A DNA stretch of 64,000 bases from Lama guanicoe (taxonomy: Eukaryota): the NCBI GenBank assembly GCA_013239625.1, contig MU053376.1, positions 1,972,507-2,036,506 on the forward strand. The letters run 5' to 3'. The notes under the pieces were generated by a model, which saw only the letters and a program-made list of their open reading frames with translations, was not told the DNA's origin and did not search any database. The translations under genes and the position numbers were made by a program. Every line of letters begins with the position of its first letter. The first letter of the stretch is position 1. Shown piece after piece: positions 13,376 through 26,128 of this stretch.

Positions 13376-14474
13376 TATCACGCCCTTGCTCTCCTCTGTT
13401 CAGTCCCCCTTCCCCCCACGGACATACAACCCAGCTCCTGCACTCTCTAATTCTCCCCCGTGGCATCAGAACGCCAGCACTCTCGACCTTCGGCCTGAGT
13501 GGCTTGTTGATTGGGCATTTCTAACTTCCAGTTAGAGCAGAGGCTCCTGTGTGGAAGCAAGCCCTCCAGCAGGCAGAAGCAGTCTGTTTGGGAGGAAACA
13601 AATGCAAGTTCCAGGCTTCCTAGCCTCCTCGGTAAGAAAAGGGACTAGACTCCCAGACAGTTGCTTTGATGGAAAATTGTATCCTCTCCTTCCTTCCTGT
13701 GGCAACGCCAGTTTCACTTGATGTGGATTTTATTCCTTCTCAGACTCTTACCTGAATTTTTCCGCAGGTTACATACAGTATTCATAGGGTTGGTGTCTAG
13801 GTCGCAGGATGGCCATCAGGAGGAAGTGAGACAATGCATGGGTAGCACTAGGCACAAAGCCAGGGTGTACTACGTGCTCAGTGAATGGTGCTTTGTCCCC
13901 CACCCCGAGGCAGCTGCTGTGAGAGAGGGTGTTTGATCCGGATAAAGCAGACCAGACAGAACCCCCCGGATGGGAGGCCAGTAGAAAGGGTTTGGAGCTG
14001 TTCCTCTTCCCCATTTTATATCTGAAAGTCTCAAAAGCATATGCTGCTCTTCGTGCTCTGCCGCCCTCCTGAGGGTCCCAGCCATCCCAGGAAGGCTTTG
14101 TTCTTTGGATCTGGGTGGTGGTGCTTCCTATCATGGTATTGTGAGATGACTGAAGTGGTAGAAATCGCTTGGTCAATGTAAAAGAGAAGTGCTTACAAAT
14201 GTTAATAAATAGAAGTACATTGTACATCGTAGAAGACATGAAATCATTTTAATAATACAGCATGTTGGCTCAGTTCAAATACTGCTTTCCTGTGCTTTGG
14301 AGTGGTCTTTCATATAGAAAGTTTGCTGAACCAAACATGTATAAATTTTGCCCTTAAGGGTATGAGGGTGTGGCTTCATGGGGGAGAGGTCCAGCTGAGT
14401 CTGTTAGTCTGTAAAGCAGAGAACTGACCCCATTGGCTTGACCTCTGGGGGTGGGGGCGGGGGGTGTCTTGCAG

Positions 14475-14690
14475 GTCATGAAGACATATCACATGTACAA
14501 TGCCGACAGCATCAGTGCTCAGAGCAAGCTAAAGGAGGCGGAGAAGCAGGAGGAGAAGCAAATTGGAAAATCCGTGAAGCAGGAGGACCGGCAGACCCCA
14601 CGCTCCCCTGACTCCACTTCCAACGTCCGCATTGAGGAGAAGCATGTCCGGAGGAGCTCAGTGAAGAAGATTGAGAAGATGAAGGAAAAG
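14475..14690 (+). CDS. SRGAP2: SRGAP2 coding exon 5 (216 nt, phase 0/0): VMKTYHMYNADS...KKIEKMKEK
   Basis: tcttgcag|GTC and AAG|gtgagg. Lies within ORF 14451..14807. Confidence 0.97.
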
Positions 14691-15272
14691 GTGAGGACGC
14701 TCTGGCAACTGTCGGGGCTGGGGAGGAACACTCCAGAAGTCAGAACTGCTGGGAATTTCCCAGTAGGCGCTGTGGAGAGCAGAGCAAGGAAGCTCTGGGT
14801 TCCTTAGGTGCCTAGTGGCCTTACTACCTGCCCCGGAAGAAATCTTAGGTATTGGGAAAACTTGGGCATGTGGGCTCCAAGTTTCTGACCTGTAGCAGAT
14901 AAACAGGAAATAGGAGTCACCTTTCCCAAGCCAGGGACAGGGGATAGCGTTTGGCTTCAGATGTCAGGTGTTCAGAGGCAGATAGAGTGACGTCTCCTTC
15001 AGGGCGGTGGTGCAAGGATGGAGAATGGAATTTGCACGTAGAACCAAAGTGGGACACGCATCTAAAGTAGGGAGCCTCATTAACCTTTCCTGGGTTGATC
15101 TACATTGTGCCCTTGAATCTCATTAAACAGAATTAGAACCCAATTTAAGGCAGACGCGCAGAGGGAGTAGCAGCACAGTTGTGGTTCTCGAATGAACTGT
15201 ACTTTCATCTTTTAGAGAACAATCTCCCCTTAAAAGAAGAAAAGTAAAACTGAACTTGTGTTCTGTTTTCAG

Positions 15273-15401
15273 CGCCAAGCCAAGTACACGGAGAATAAGC
15301 TGAAGGCCATTAAAGCCCGGAATGAGTACTTACTGGCTTTGGAGGCAACCAATGCGTCTGTCTTCAAGTACTACATCCATGACCTGTCCGACCTTATTGA
15401 T
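15273..15401 (+). CDS. SRGAP2: SRGAP2 coding exon 6 (129 nt, phase 0/0): RQAKYTENKLKAIKARNEYLLALEATNASVFKYYIHDLSDLID
   Basis: ttctgttttcag|CGC and GAT|gtaagt. In frame with the flanking exons. Confidence 0.97.
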
Positions 15402-16079
15402 GTAAGTGCTTAAAGCCAGGGGCACAAAGATCTGGTTTTGAAGATCTGGTCAAGGGTCCCCTAGTTCTGATGCTCAGGCATCTTGGAGCGTTTTGAGAAC
15501 AGTTATGAAGATGGTGGCCTTGACCTCTCGGGGGCTTGCCATGTACTACACAGATTTCTGTCTCCCTTCAGCTAGGGCTCTTTGATTCAGTGGATTTCAG
15601 CTTCTTAAAGCCCTGGGAGTCATCGCCTCCCTGGGGAAGTGGAGCCCTGATCCCTGTTCGGGTACCACTTTGTTCTCTCTGCTTGTTGATGCCAATCTGA
15701 ACATTGTCCTTCAAGGGAAGTCAGAGCCCTGGATAGGATCCTTTCTCCTCTGGGGAACAGCTCCTCACTGTTGGGAGAGAGGACTTGTTCTCAGCATGAC
15801 GAAGACAATCACTTCTTTCTTATGCTCAATTTCTGCTATTTGTCTCTCATTTGGTAAAAAAATCCAACTGTGCGTTCCGCCACACCTCTGCTGCAGGTTT
15901 GTTCTTTTCTGTTTCTTTTGCCCCCAGGGCAGCTTCCCCTCCCCTTTAAGCAAAACTCTGACCTCAGGGGACAAGAGGGGCTACTGCTAGTCAATCACAA
16001 TCCACAGCCCCTTGTGAGTAGGTGTTTTGAAATCACATAAGCCAAGATTTTTTTCCCTTTTTTGTGCCTTTCAGTACTG

Positions 16080-16420
16080 TTTTAATTGAAATGTAATTTA
16101 CAAACAATGACTGAATTTAAGTGTTAAATTGCAAGGATTGTGCTGAATCCTCCATCCTTGTAACCTACATCTTTGTCAAGATTTAGAATATTTCCATCAC
16201 TTCGGAAATTTCCTCTTTCTCTTCCCAGTCAGTCCCCCACCCCGAGGCAACCACTCTCCTGATTTCTTTCACCATGAATTGGTTTTGCCTGTTGTAGAAT
16301 TTCACAAAGATGGGATTTGGATGTAGTGTATACTTTATGGTGTCTGGCTTCTTTTGCCTGGCGTGACGTTTTTGAGCTTCATTCATGTTACTTCATGTGT
16401 CGGTAGTTTCTTCCTTTTTC
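16080..16420 (-). mobile_element. Old L1 (L1MB/L1ME-like) 3' end
   Basis: ggcaaccactctcctgatttct...ttttgcctgttgtagaatttcac...tctggcttcttttg. Confidence 0.75.
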
Positions 16421-17739
16421 TGGTTGATCTGTTGTTGTAAAAATGGCCGAAAGGATGCTTTGGCAGTGAACCAACAGCTAGAGCAGGGGTGAGTGGGGAG
16501 CCTGGGACCTTGGCATTCTGAGCTCCGCAGCGTCCAGAACTTGCTCCAAGACTTGGGATGAATCTTGTTCCAGTCCTTCGCCATCTGTGTTATATACGCC
16601 ATTCTGCCTCCTTCCTGGCGGTGCTGAAGCTTAGTGTGTACTAAGGATAAGTGAGAGAAGGGATGTTTGTCGATGCCAGTCCATTGACACAAGGACTAGC
16701 CCTTGACTTCTTTTTATATAATATCGTATAAGATTTAAACTCAGGCTGAAGGAATCCATGTGAGTCATCTGACACACACCAGGAAAACCTTGACTTCAGG
16801 CCAAGAGGGTATTCTGAAGGGACTTTAGATACAGTCTAAGAACCATTGGCTCTTTGGAATATGGCTCTCCCCACCCTCCTGGACGAATGAAGAACAGGGC
16901 ATTGTCCTCACGCATAGCTGGAATGGTGTGGGTGCTGTGTACACGGGTAAAGACTGTGACACCATGTGCACCCAAGTCAGACATGCGGGAGCTCAGCTTT
17001 CTCCATGGGAAATTTTAAGGGCAATTCTTTCCCCCTTCTGTATGGACTTGAAGTGGGTGTTGAGAAATATCCATATTTCTTTTCTAGGCCTCCTCTAGGG
17101 TCTCGGGGTGAGGATATCAGCTGGTAAAGGGTTAATGAGCTGTCAACTCAACTCATCACACACCTGGATGGGCTATCATTAAATTCTTATAAAAATTTTA
17201 TTTCCCCTGAGAGAGTTTTCATCAAACATTTATATAACCCAGAAATGGCCAGGGGAGGCCAGCATGGCCACAGAACTCATCGGAAGCCGTGGAAAAACAT
17301 ACTTTGTCTCCATTGTGAGCAGAATAATGCGCTGCCTCTACTCACTGAGATTCTACTGGGAACCAGGATGAAATATTCAAATCTTGTTTACCTAACCTTG
17401 CGAGAATTGCTTCTTTGCTGAAACCTCCGTTTCTGGCTGTTAGCCTTTCAGGTATGCGGGTAGCCAAGGCTCTGGAAAACCTATTCCAAATCTCCCTGGT
17501 TGGCTGGAGACATAGAGGAGTCAGAGGGCACGTTGTGAGTCAGACCCCCACGCACTGGCACAGAGGAGCTATAGAGCAATTGTATAATAGAGACAGTGGA
17601 CTGGGCTGAAAAAGCTCCGTGTCTTCCACAGGCCATCCAGAGTGAGCAAAACAAAAGGCTTCAGTCGCCACATCTGCCCACTTGACTTGGATCAGTATTC
17701 AACCTAAGTGGATTATTTCCTGAGACGCTAGAATCTGGC

Positions 17740-18270
17740 ATCAATCAATCCACTGATGTTTATTAAATGCCTGCTATGAGCAAGGTCTAATGGTGAGGGA
17801 ATGCAAAGAAGGGATAAGACGCTGGCCACACCCCCTGTGTGAAGCTTGCCTTCTGGTTGGAGTGATTTGACGTGGCGAGTCACGGAATGAGGGAGTGTGT
17901 ACTATGTCACATGAGGGCTGCAAATGAATGTCATCCTGAGTGGAGGCCAAGGTCAATATATGCCAGGGTCGTGGGCCTGGCTGGCTTCCCAAAGGCTGGT
18001 GATTTTCCCTGGATCTTGAAGACTGGGTCCAATTCCAGCAGGTGAGAGGAGTGAGAAACATTTCAGGCAGAGAGGAGGCTGGGAGCTGAAAGTCCGAGAA
18101 CTAGGGGATATTGACAATTGGTGTTTGTTAAGTGTCTGCACGGTGCCAGGTGTATGTAAGTATATATCCAGCTGACAACAACCTATGAGGATGGTGTTAT
18201 CCCAATCTGGGGCTCAGAGAGGGTAAGTTGCTTGCTCACAGTCATATAGCTGATTTGGGAACTGCTGTTT
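17740..18270 (-). mobile_element. L2 remnant followed by MIR remnant
   Basis: tcaatcaatcc...tttattaaatgcctgctatg (L2 end); acaacaacctatgagg...ggctcagagagggtaagttgcttgctcacagtcata (MIR). Confidence 0.6.
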
Positions 18271-18453
18271 TCTAATGCGTGACCCTAAACAAAGAGGATG
18301 TCATTGGATTCCAGCAGAAGAAAGAAAACAGAGGGAGATGATGTTAGATGGTCAGACTGAAGACAGATTACTCTTTGTTCTGACTGTTGACCTTGCTTAA
18401 TTTCACTGAGCCTCAGCTTTCTAGCCAAGAAAATTAAAACAATACCAGCCTCT

Positions 18454-18590
18454 GGGGTGGGGTGGGACATATAGCTCAGTGGTAAGTGCTTGCTTAGCAT
18501 GCATGAGGTCCTGGGTTCAATCCCAGGTACCACCATCAATAAATAAACAAATAGCTTAATTACTTCCCCCCAAATAAATCAAATAATAAA
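18454..18590 (+). mobile_element. tRNA-Ala-derived SINE (Vic-1-like) inserted into a MIR (~18380-18690)
   Basis: atagctcagtggt...gcttagcatgc...gggttcaatccc plus A-rich tail. aatacca repeat on both flanks. MIR core continues on both sides. Confidence 0.88.
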
Positions 18591-20722
18591 ATAATACCAA
18601 TCTCACTGCAGATACTATGTAGATTAAAATGTAACATGTACGTAAAGCACTTAGCACACTGGCATATAGTAAGCACGCTTAGTAAAGAGAAGCATTTTGA
18701 AATTTCTCAACTGAGGAAGGTGGAAGTTACTTTAACAAAAAAATGAGAGCTATCATGAGTTCTTCAGCAGGGGAGTAGGCATGAAAAGCCATATTTTAGG
18801 ACAGTGAAGCAGACAGCACTATAAGATGATGGGTATGAATTAGGGCAGAGGTGGTGAAAATGGTAAGGAAAGGGGAGTTACCAAAAATGTGTAAAGGTTA
18901 TGAAGCCTGCCTCCCGCTAATTCTCTTCTGCGCTGAAAATCTCCCCACCACCCACCCCATCCCTCCACTTACTCAGCTCTGCAGGCAGCATTACTTCTGT
19001 TCATTAGACTTACAGGCATGCAGTTCATCATCAAGGTCTACATAGAGCTAGTTAGGAAGGTTGCCAGGTTCAAGGGCAACTTGGCAAGACCAGCAGTACC
19101 TCCTGAAGGAGGAGGAGCCCCTGCACGTGCAGCCTCCAATCAGCGGCTTTTGTCTAGCTTTCATTTGCTCTTCCCTCTCAACTGAATTTAATGTCTTTCC
19201 ATCCTTTGCCTCTAGTTAAGCTGTAACTGCTGTTCTTCCGCTGCAGCCGGGCACCTGCTAGAGCCGTTGGCACTGAGTCCGGAGCCCAGCCCCACAGGCG
19301 CTGTGTCCCGGAGCTTCTTGTTAGATGCTGGGAGGAGGAGACACATCACGTGCTTTTTCCTCCCCAATGGCGGCTGCTCCCAATGTGATCATGCAGATGG
19401 GGAAAGGCTGGGGGGAGAGCTAATTTGATGTTTGCATATGGAATGAAATGCCAGTCAGGCAGATGGCCTTACTCTATCCATGGATTCTTCTCTGATGTTT
19501 CTTCTCAAGTTCTGGATCTCAAAGCTGCTCAAGCAATAGAAAAGATAATGGATGACCAAGGAATTTGGATCTCTGGGTGTTTGGGAGAGGGATGGGGGAG
19601 TATTGTCACAGAGTTACAGAATGCCACTGCTGAAGAGGGCCTCAGGGATTATATTTAGTTCCAAGTATTCTCAGACCTCTTCTCTAGCAGAAGAATTCTT
19701 TCTTCAAACCAGGCTTTATATAGAATCCCAATATATTAAATAGAAAAAAAGAGCAGAGCTGGTTTGGTTGAGGCAAGGATAGGAGGCTTCAAGTCCTGCA
19801 GGGTGGGGTGCCCTGGAACCCCGGTCTCAAGGGCAGCCTGAGCCGTGGCACAAAACCTTCGAGCTCTGGCCACGAACTGGCCAAATCTGTTTGTTTTACA
19901 ATCGAGGAAATGGGGTCAGGGAGGGGCAGTGGCTTTTCCAAAGTTGCCTGGCTTCCCGTCCGGTGCTTTTTTTTCTGCTGTTGCCTCTTTCGGACCTTTT
20001 TTTTTTTTTCCACTCTGCTTTAGAAAATCAGAATCCTTTAAATGGACTGAATTTTTCCAGTAAGATTTATGTTTAGAAATGTTGGATCTTATAAATGCCG
20101 TTTCTGTCGGGTGAGAGTTTTGGTGCAGAAATCCTAGTCTGTAGCTAAGGCCTGTCTAGAGTGTTGAAATTTGCTGGTGGGACGTTGATGATGGACAGAG
20201 TCAGCCCCCCATTCCCTTCTTCCCTCACCTAGAGTTCTGAGTTTGTGTAAATTCACTGCGCTTGTAATACTTCTGATTTCTGGACCCTGAACCCCGAAAT
20301 GGCCTCGCGTGGTTGGTATGCGGTGACTAAACCACAGTAACCCTGGAGGAGTGGCAGGCTATATTTTTATTGTTGAATTTTGTTATAATGGTATCCCCAG
20401 AGGAACCTGAAAATAGAAAAAGACTCCCTTTAACTCTCAACTCTTTCATACTTACTGAATAACATGATTAAATAATTTCATTTTGTCCCAGTGAGTCCTT
20501 TTCCTTCTCACCACCTCACAGCCCTCTAAGGAGTCCTCCACCTTGAACTAGGAGTCAAGAACTGAGAAATATCACCCAGATCTTGGAGGTCAGAAGGTCA
20601 GCCTCCTTCGGCTGCACAGCTAGTCTCATTGGCGCCGTCAGATCTGCCCTGGGGACCACCCTGCCTCTCCCCAAGCCCTGTGGCTCTCCTCGGTTTGCTC
20701 ACGTGCCTTCTCCGTTCCACAG

Positions 20723-20947
20723 CAGTGTTGTGATTTAGGCTACCATGCCAGCCTGAACCGGGCACTTCGCACCTTCCTCTCGGCTGAGTTGAATCTGGAG
20801 CAGTCAAAGCATGAGGGTCTGGATGCCATTGAGAATGCCGTAGAAAACCTGGACGCCACGAGTGACAAGCAGCGCCTCATGGAGATGTACAACAATGTCT
20901 TCTGTCCGCCTATGAAGTTTGAGTTCCAGCCCCACATGGGGGACATG
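20723..20947 (+). CDS. SRGAP2: SRGAP2 coding exon 7 (225 nt, or 222 nt from 20726; phase 0/0): (Q)CCDLGYHASLNRALRTFLSAELNLEQSK...FQPHMGDM
   Basis: ttccacag|CAG|TGT tandem acceptor and ATG|gtgagg donor. Overlaps ORF 20789..21004. Confidence 0.96.
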
Positions 20948-21774
20948 GTGAGGCCCTCTTCCCAGCCCCTCCTCCCCAAGGGCCTTGAGCTCACTCTTGT
21001 CTAGATTGGCTGCACTAAGGCCATGTTATTCTGGGGAGGGCGAGGCCTGGGGCTGGCTTGCTGTCAGGCGGTTGAAGCCCATTCCACCTGTTCAGCAAAC
21101 AGCCCCTGGGTGCCTGCTGACCACTAGACTCCACCGTAGACATTGGGGATTAGAGCCCTCAGGGAGCTTACAGTCGGCTGAGTTGAAAGCCAGAAATATG
21201 CATAGGGAGAGGCACCCAAAGGGACCAGCAGGATCAAAGGAGGTGAAAAACAGCCAGTGTGTTCTAGAAACTAACAGTTTAGTAAGGTGAAAGGGAAAGA
21301 GTTGGGTGGAGGCCTCCAAGTGGTGAGGCTGGGCGAAGTGAGAGCTGAGATGGGGCCAGATCCTAAAGGCTTTTGATGGCGAGAGAGGGCTAAGCAAGGT
21401 GATGGTGTTCTCTTTTGTCCTTTGGCAGAGTTCCGAAGGAGACTTATTCTCTTAGGTTTAGAAGATAATGATAAAAGGTGTAATTTTGCTTGGGTATTGA
21501 ACAAAAAAGGGTGTGTATCTACAGAAAGGATAGAAGCTAAGATGTCATCCCTGAGAAGACCTGAGGCTGGCTGTCCGGGCAGGGGTGCATGAACATGGGG
21601 ACCCTGTCCCCCCTCCTGGGACTTTTCTCCTCTGATGACTAAAACAAGAAAGGCCTAAATAAACTGAAGGAAGAGGAGCAAGAAGCTCTTTGGTTTTCAT
21701 TACTCTGGTTCCTCTTCTGGTGGTTGTGCACACAGATCAAAGAAAATCTTATTCCTGGGGTAGGAGCCACCATT

Positions 21775-22435
21775 TGACCTATGGGTTAAATTAAAAGGAC
21801 ATTGTATTGGCTTACATAATAGCAGAGCTCAGGGTAGATCTCCAGGTATGGCTGGATTTAGGAATGGGAATTTTATCAAGACTGATTTTTCTCTCTCTGC
21901 TCCATATCCTATATGTTGGCTCTGTTCTCGGATAGACTTTCTTTTTTTTCTTTAAATTTTTTTTTCAGATAGGCATTTTAAAATTTGTATGTGTGTGTTT
22001 TTTTGGTTTTTTTGTTTGTTTCTTAATAGAGATACTGGGGATTTGAACCCAGGACCTCGTGCATGCTAAGCATGCACTGTACCGCTGAGCTCTAGCCACC
22101 CCCTGCTCAAATAAGCTTTCATCCCATGGGGGCAAGGTGACTGTATTTCCAGACCTAATTCCTTGTAGACTGAAGTTCAGCAGAAAGAGTATCTGCTTTC
22201 CTCCTAGAAGCCCTCACGAAAGTCTCACTGTGTCTCCTTGGTTCTGATTGGTTGATGTGCTTATCCCTGAGCCAATGCCAAGGTCACACACTGCATCCCT
22301 GAGTTGGGGAGAGCCCCATCCAAAGCACATGGCCTGATTTGTGGAACAAAAGGTTCCCCCAGGGGACAGTCAGGTCAAAGTTACCAAAAGAAGGAGGAGT
22401 GAATGCTGGGTGACAGAACAACAACAATGTCCTCT
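21775..22435. mobile_element. ERVL-MaLR solo LTR (MLT1J/K-like), interrupted by a SINE
   Basis: tattggcttacataat...ggctggatttagg; tctgattgg...tgtgcttatccctgagccaat; ttaccaaaagaaggaggagtgaatgctggg. Confidence 0.6.
21995..22103 (-). mobile_element. tRNA-Ala-derived SINE (Vic-1-like) inside a MaLR LTR
   Basis: ttgaacccaggacctcgtgcatgctaagcatgcactgtaccgctgagct, with T-rich tail upstream on the + strand. Confidence 0.88.
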
Positions 22436-24803
22436 CAACAAGGGAATGGTTCTTCCATTAAGATTAGCGTCCAGATGCTTTTTAGAAAACCCTGCTCCAG
22501 AGTGACAACTGTTGCAGTGTAACCAGCAGATCTGCTGTCATCAGTAGGCCCTAATGGAGAGTGAGACATTTCTATCCCAAAGACAAAAATGTGGAGCTGA
22601 TTTCTTTCCTCTCCTTCCTGGGGCAAACCAAAACATTTACAGTTTGTTCCCATTGCTGTGGCTCAGGAAATGTCAGTGTCTGAACAGATGGGGAAGTGAG
22701 ATGGCAGCATGTGCCATTAGAAGAGCAGGGAGGAGTGTCGCCAAGCCCCAGGAAGCCCCATTCCTCACCTGCCCTGGCTTCTGGTCAAACTCGTCTTCCT
22801 AGCCCCTTTTCCAGCTGCCACTAAGATTCCTTCCCAGGAAGCAGTGGAACTGCGGGGCTAGCTGAGTGGAGCGATGCATTTTCTGGTGTTGACTGAGTTG
22901 CCTTCTAAGCTAAGCAGCTTGTCTCCATAAAGCGGGATTCCAAATGAAGGGTGTTCAGGCCTCCTCCTAGCCCTGTCAGAACCTCATTTCCATACTCCAG
23001 AGCACAGCTGGAATGCATTACCTTGCACCCCGGTGAGGACCACTGCCAAAGCATGCATCAGCAGCCCTGTTGCTTCTTAAAGGAACAAGCATGGAAGTGG
23101 TTTTCCTTCCATGATCCCTCCTGGTTGGGTCAAAGTTCCTTTAAAAATCAATAGTCCCCTCTTCTACCTGGGCCCTCCCTCTGTGCAGTACAGCTGATCA
23201 GCGGCTGAGCCAGGCAAGGGCCAGGGCCAGTCCTTGTTCTTGCAGAGGTTTTGCATTTCAGCCTAGCCTTCATGTGAGTGGAAAATAAAAAGAGATGAGA
23301 GGCTGAGTCTTTCTTGGTCCCTGCAGCCTTCTCTCCCCATCAGTGAGGGCTGTCTGTAGGCTGTGGAGGCAACAAGAGGGAGCTGCCTGGAAGTCCTTGA
23401 ACTTGGGCCAAAGTTCGGGTGGCATTTTGACCGGAAGCCCTGAAATTGGCCAAGGCCCACACTGATTGGCGTTCTGGGGCCTCAGCACATAAATTGATGC
23501 CAAGCACTCTCAGATGCACTAGGGGGAGGTGCTTGGCTCTACTCTTGGTGCCCCCCAGAGGCTCGTGGGGCTCTGGATGCCTGACCGGTGACATCAGGCA
23601 GCCAGAGAGTTTCACTCTTGGCTCTAACCCATCCTGGCCACCGAGCTCTCTCCATTGTGTCTGCTGATCCAAGAGCCAGAATGAAGTCAGCTCTCTTCAG
23701 ATCTGAGAGCTGGCTCAGGCCAGCCTCTCAGCTGGGGGAGGAGGTCAAGTCGGTTGAGAGCTTAAAAGCCAATGGAGGAAAAGGTCAAGTCCCAGCTCCC
23801 TCCATTTGAAGAGAGGTTTTTGTCTTTTCAAGCAAGAGAATGGTCTGTGGGCCTGTGAATGTGCCCACTCGTTGCTGGGGAAGATGGAGGCCGGTTCTAT
23901 CCAGAGGTCTCTCCGCAGATGGGAGGCTAAAGGACACAAGGTGGCAAGGTGACAGGAGCTACCTCCACGTGGTCCTGCCTCCCAATCTGCCAGCCTTCTG
24001 CTCCTCATCTGTCATCCTGGGAACTGGGGGTGACCTCATGCCTATGTCATAGCCATGGCCCCATCAGGAGACGGTGGCTCAGCCATCCCTTCCCACAGGG
24101 GGATGCTTATTGACAGTGATTCTTGGGAGAAAGGCAGACTTCTCTCCTACACAGATCTGGAGAAGTCCTGGAGTCAAATGATAGCTTTTTGAAAATGCCA
24201 AATTCCACAAGACTGGTTGCCCTCTGGGGCCCTGTAGCGCAGCCTGTGGACCTGTTCCTGGCTTCACGTGTTCTTTCATTGAGTCAGAGCTCTCATGCAT
24301 GGCTCAGATTTATAAACACATGCTGGCTGCCAACAGCGGCAAGTTAGCCTCCTGACCCACTTCTCTCCTGCTTTCACTCTGGTGTACGGCAGGGAATGAA
24401 GGAGGGGCCAGAGAGGTAGCCACTTGGACCTCTGGCAGGAAATCCTCACTGTGCCAAAGCATTGTGTATCTGAAGTCAGGGCTCCCTAAGGCACTCTCTG
24501 CCCTAACTCTGACTTCCTTGGAGCCACGAGCCCTTTATAGACCTGCTGCCCGCCAAGCACCAGGCTGCAGATGGGCTCCAAAGAGAGACCCAGTCTTTCC
24601 AGACAGGTCTCACTCCTTATTCCTTTCTTGTGCTATTTGATCCTGGAAGAGGTCTACACACTTTGGCTTTGGATTTGGTTTTAACATGGAAATTGTGAGC
24701 TTTACAGCTTGACTATGAGTAGTTTTAGTCACAGTAATGGGACTCTGGAACTGACAAAAGAACTGTGCCCTCTTCCTGACCTGGTGTTGCTTTCTTTGGG
24801 CAG

Positions 24804-24905
24804 GCTTCCCAGCTCTGCGCCCAGCAGCCCGTCCAGAGTGAGCTGGTACAGAGATGCCAGCAACTGCAGTCTCGCTTATCCACCCTGAAGATAGAGAATG
24901 AAGAG
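24804..24905 (+). CDS. SRGAP2: SRGAP2 coding exon 8 (102 nt, phase 0/0): ASQLCAQQPVQSELVQRCQQLQSRLSTLKIENEE
   Basis: tttctttgggcag|GCT and GAG|gtgagt. Confidence 0.96.
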
Positions 24906-25930
24906 GTGAGTTTCCCGTTCGGGAGACTCAGAGCTGCCCTCTGAGTTTCCCTGTCGAACCTCTTGCTGCTGCCCTTCGGGGAGCAGGTGGAAGGAGCATG
25001 CAGAGAATGTCCGGGCGTCCGCAAACATTTCCTCGCCAAATGTAGGCTTGGATTTTCCCCTTCTGCTACATCCTGCCCTTGAACTCCAGGAAGTTGCTCT
25101 TGCATTGCCAAAGGTTGGGCTCTATTTTGAGCTTTTGCAAAATGCTTTTTTCTCCCCCTTTACACATTTAATCAAAATGGCACTTGGCAGCTGTATGAAC
25201 AATATTGTGTCTCTGAAACCACCCCCTCATGCCTGGCTTTTTCCAGCATTTTCAAATAAACAGAGGCCTTTGACTTTAACACTTCAAACATCTCCATCCT
25301 CTTAGAAAAGGGTGACTTTCTTCTGGGCCCAGAGAATTTGCTTTCAACAACCAGTTCAAAAAGGCAGTATGATTGATTATCAGCTTCTTTCTTTTGAGCT
25401 CACGTGACTTCTTACCTGGCGTCTTAGTAAGTCTTAACTTTTCGCAGTAAGATCACGAAAGCCTGGAGATGGGCCACATAGTTTGCAAATGGGGAGACAA
25501 GTTCATTGATTTGTTGAAGGTCATGAAACAGAGCCTGGGGTGTTGCGGTCCCAGGCCCATCATACATTTTGAACTAGCTCTTTCTACGGTGGGGTTGGTT
25601 TGGATTTGTTTTATTCTCTCTCCCCTAGCATTTCCAGTGTAGCCAAGAACTAATATTAAATTTTAAAAGTAAACATTAAATAGGCTTTAAAAGTTAAGCA
25701 CGTAGCATGAAGTGGGTGGTGGGTTTCAGGTCCTCCCCGTAGAGAGTAGGACTCTACCGCAGAGTCCATGTGATGTTCATCGATCCCTGAGCACCGTTCC
25801 CTGGGAAACAAAGCTGCACCCTCCCTCCTTCCTCAGCGCACTTTGATCCCACTTCTCGAAGCTTCTCTATCACCTGCTGTGTTGCAGCCTACCCCTCATT
25901 CATTATGTCGACTCCTACTTATCATGGCAG

Positions 25931-26128
25931 GTAAAGAAGACAATGGAGGCCACTCTGCAGACCATCCAGGACATTGTGACCGTCGAGGATTTTGACGTGT
26001 CTGACTGCTTCCAGTACAGCAACTCTATGGAGTCCGTCAAGTCCACCGTCTCAGAAACCTTCATGAGCAAACCCAGCATCGCCAAGAGGAGAGCCAACCA
26101 GCAAGAGACAGAGCAGTTCTATTTCACG
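25931..26128 (+). CDS. SRGAP2: SRGAP2 coding exon 9 (198 nt, phase 0/0): VKKTMEATLQTIQD...QQETEQFYFT
   Basis: atcatggcag|GTA and ACG|gtgagg. Overlaps ORF 25943..26170. Ends at codon 452 by human numbering. Confidence 0.97.
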
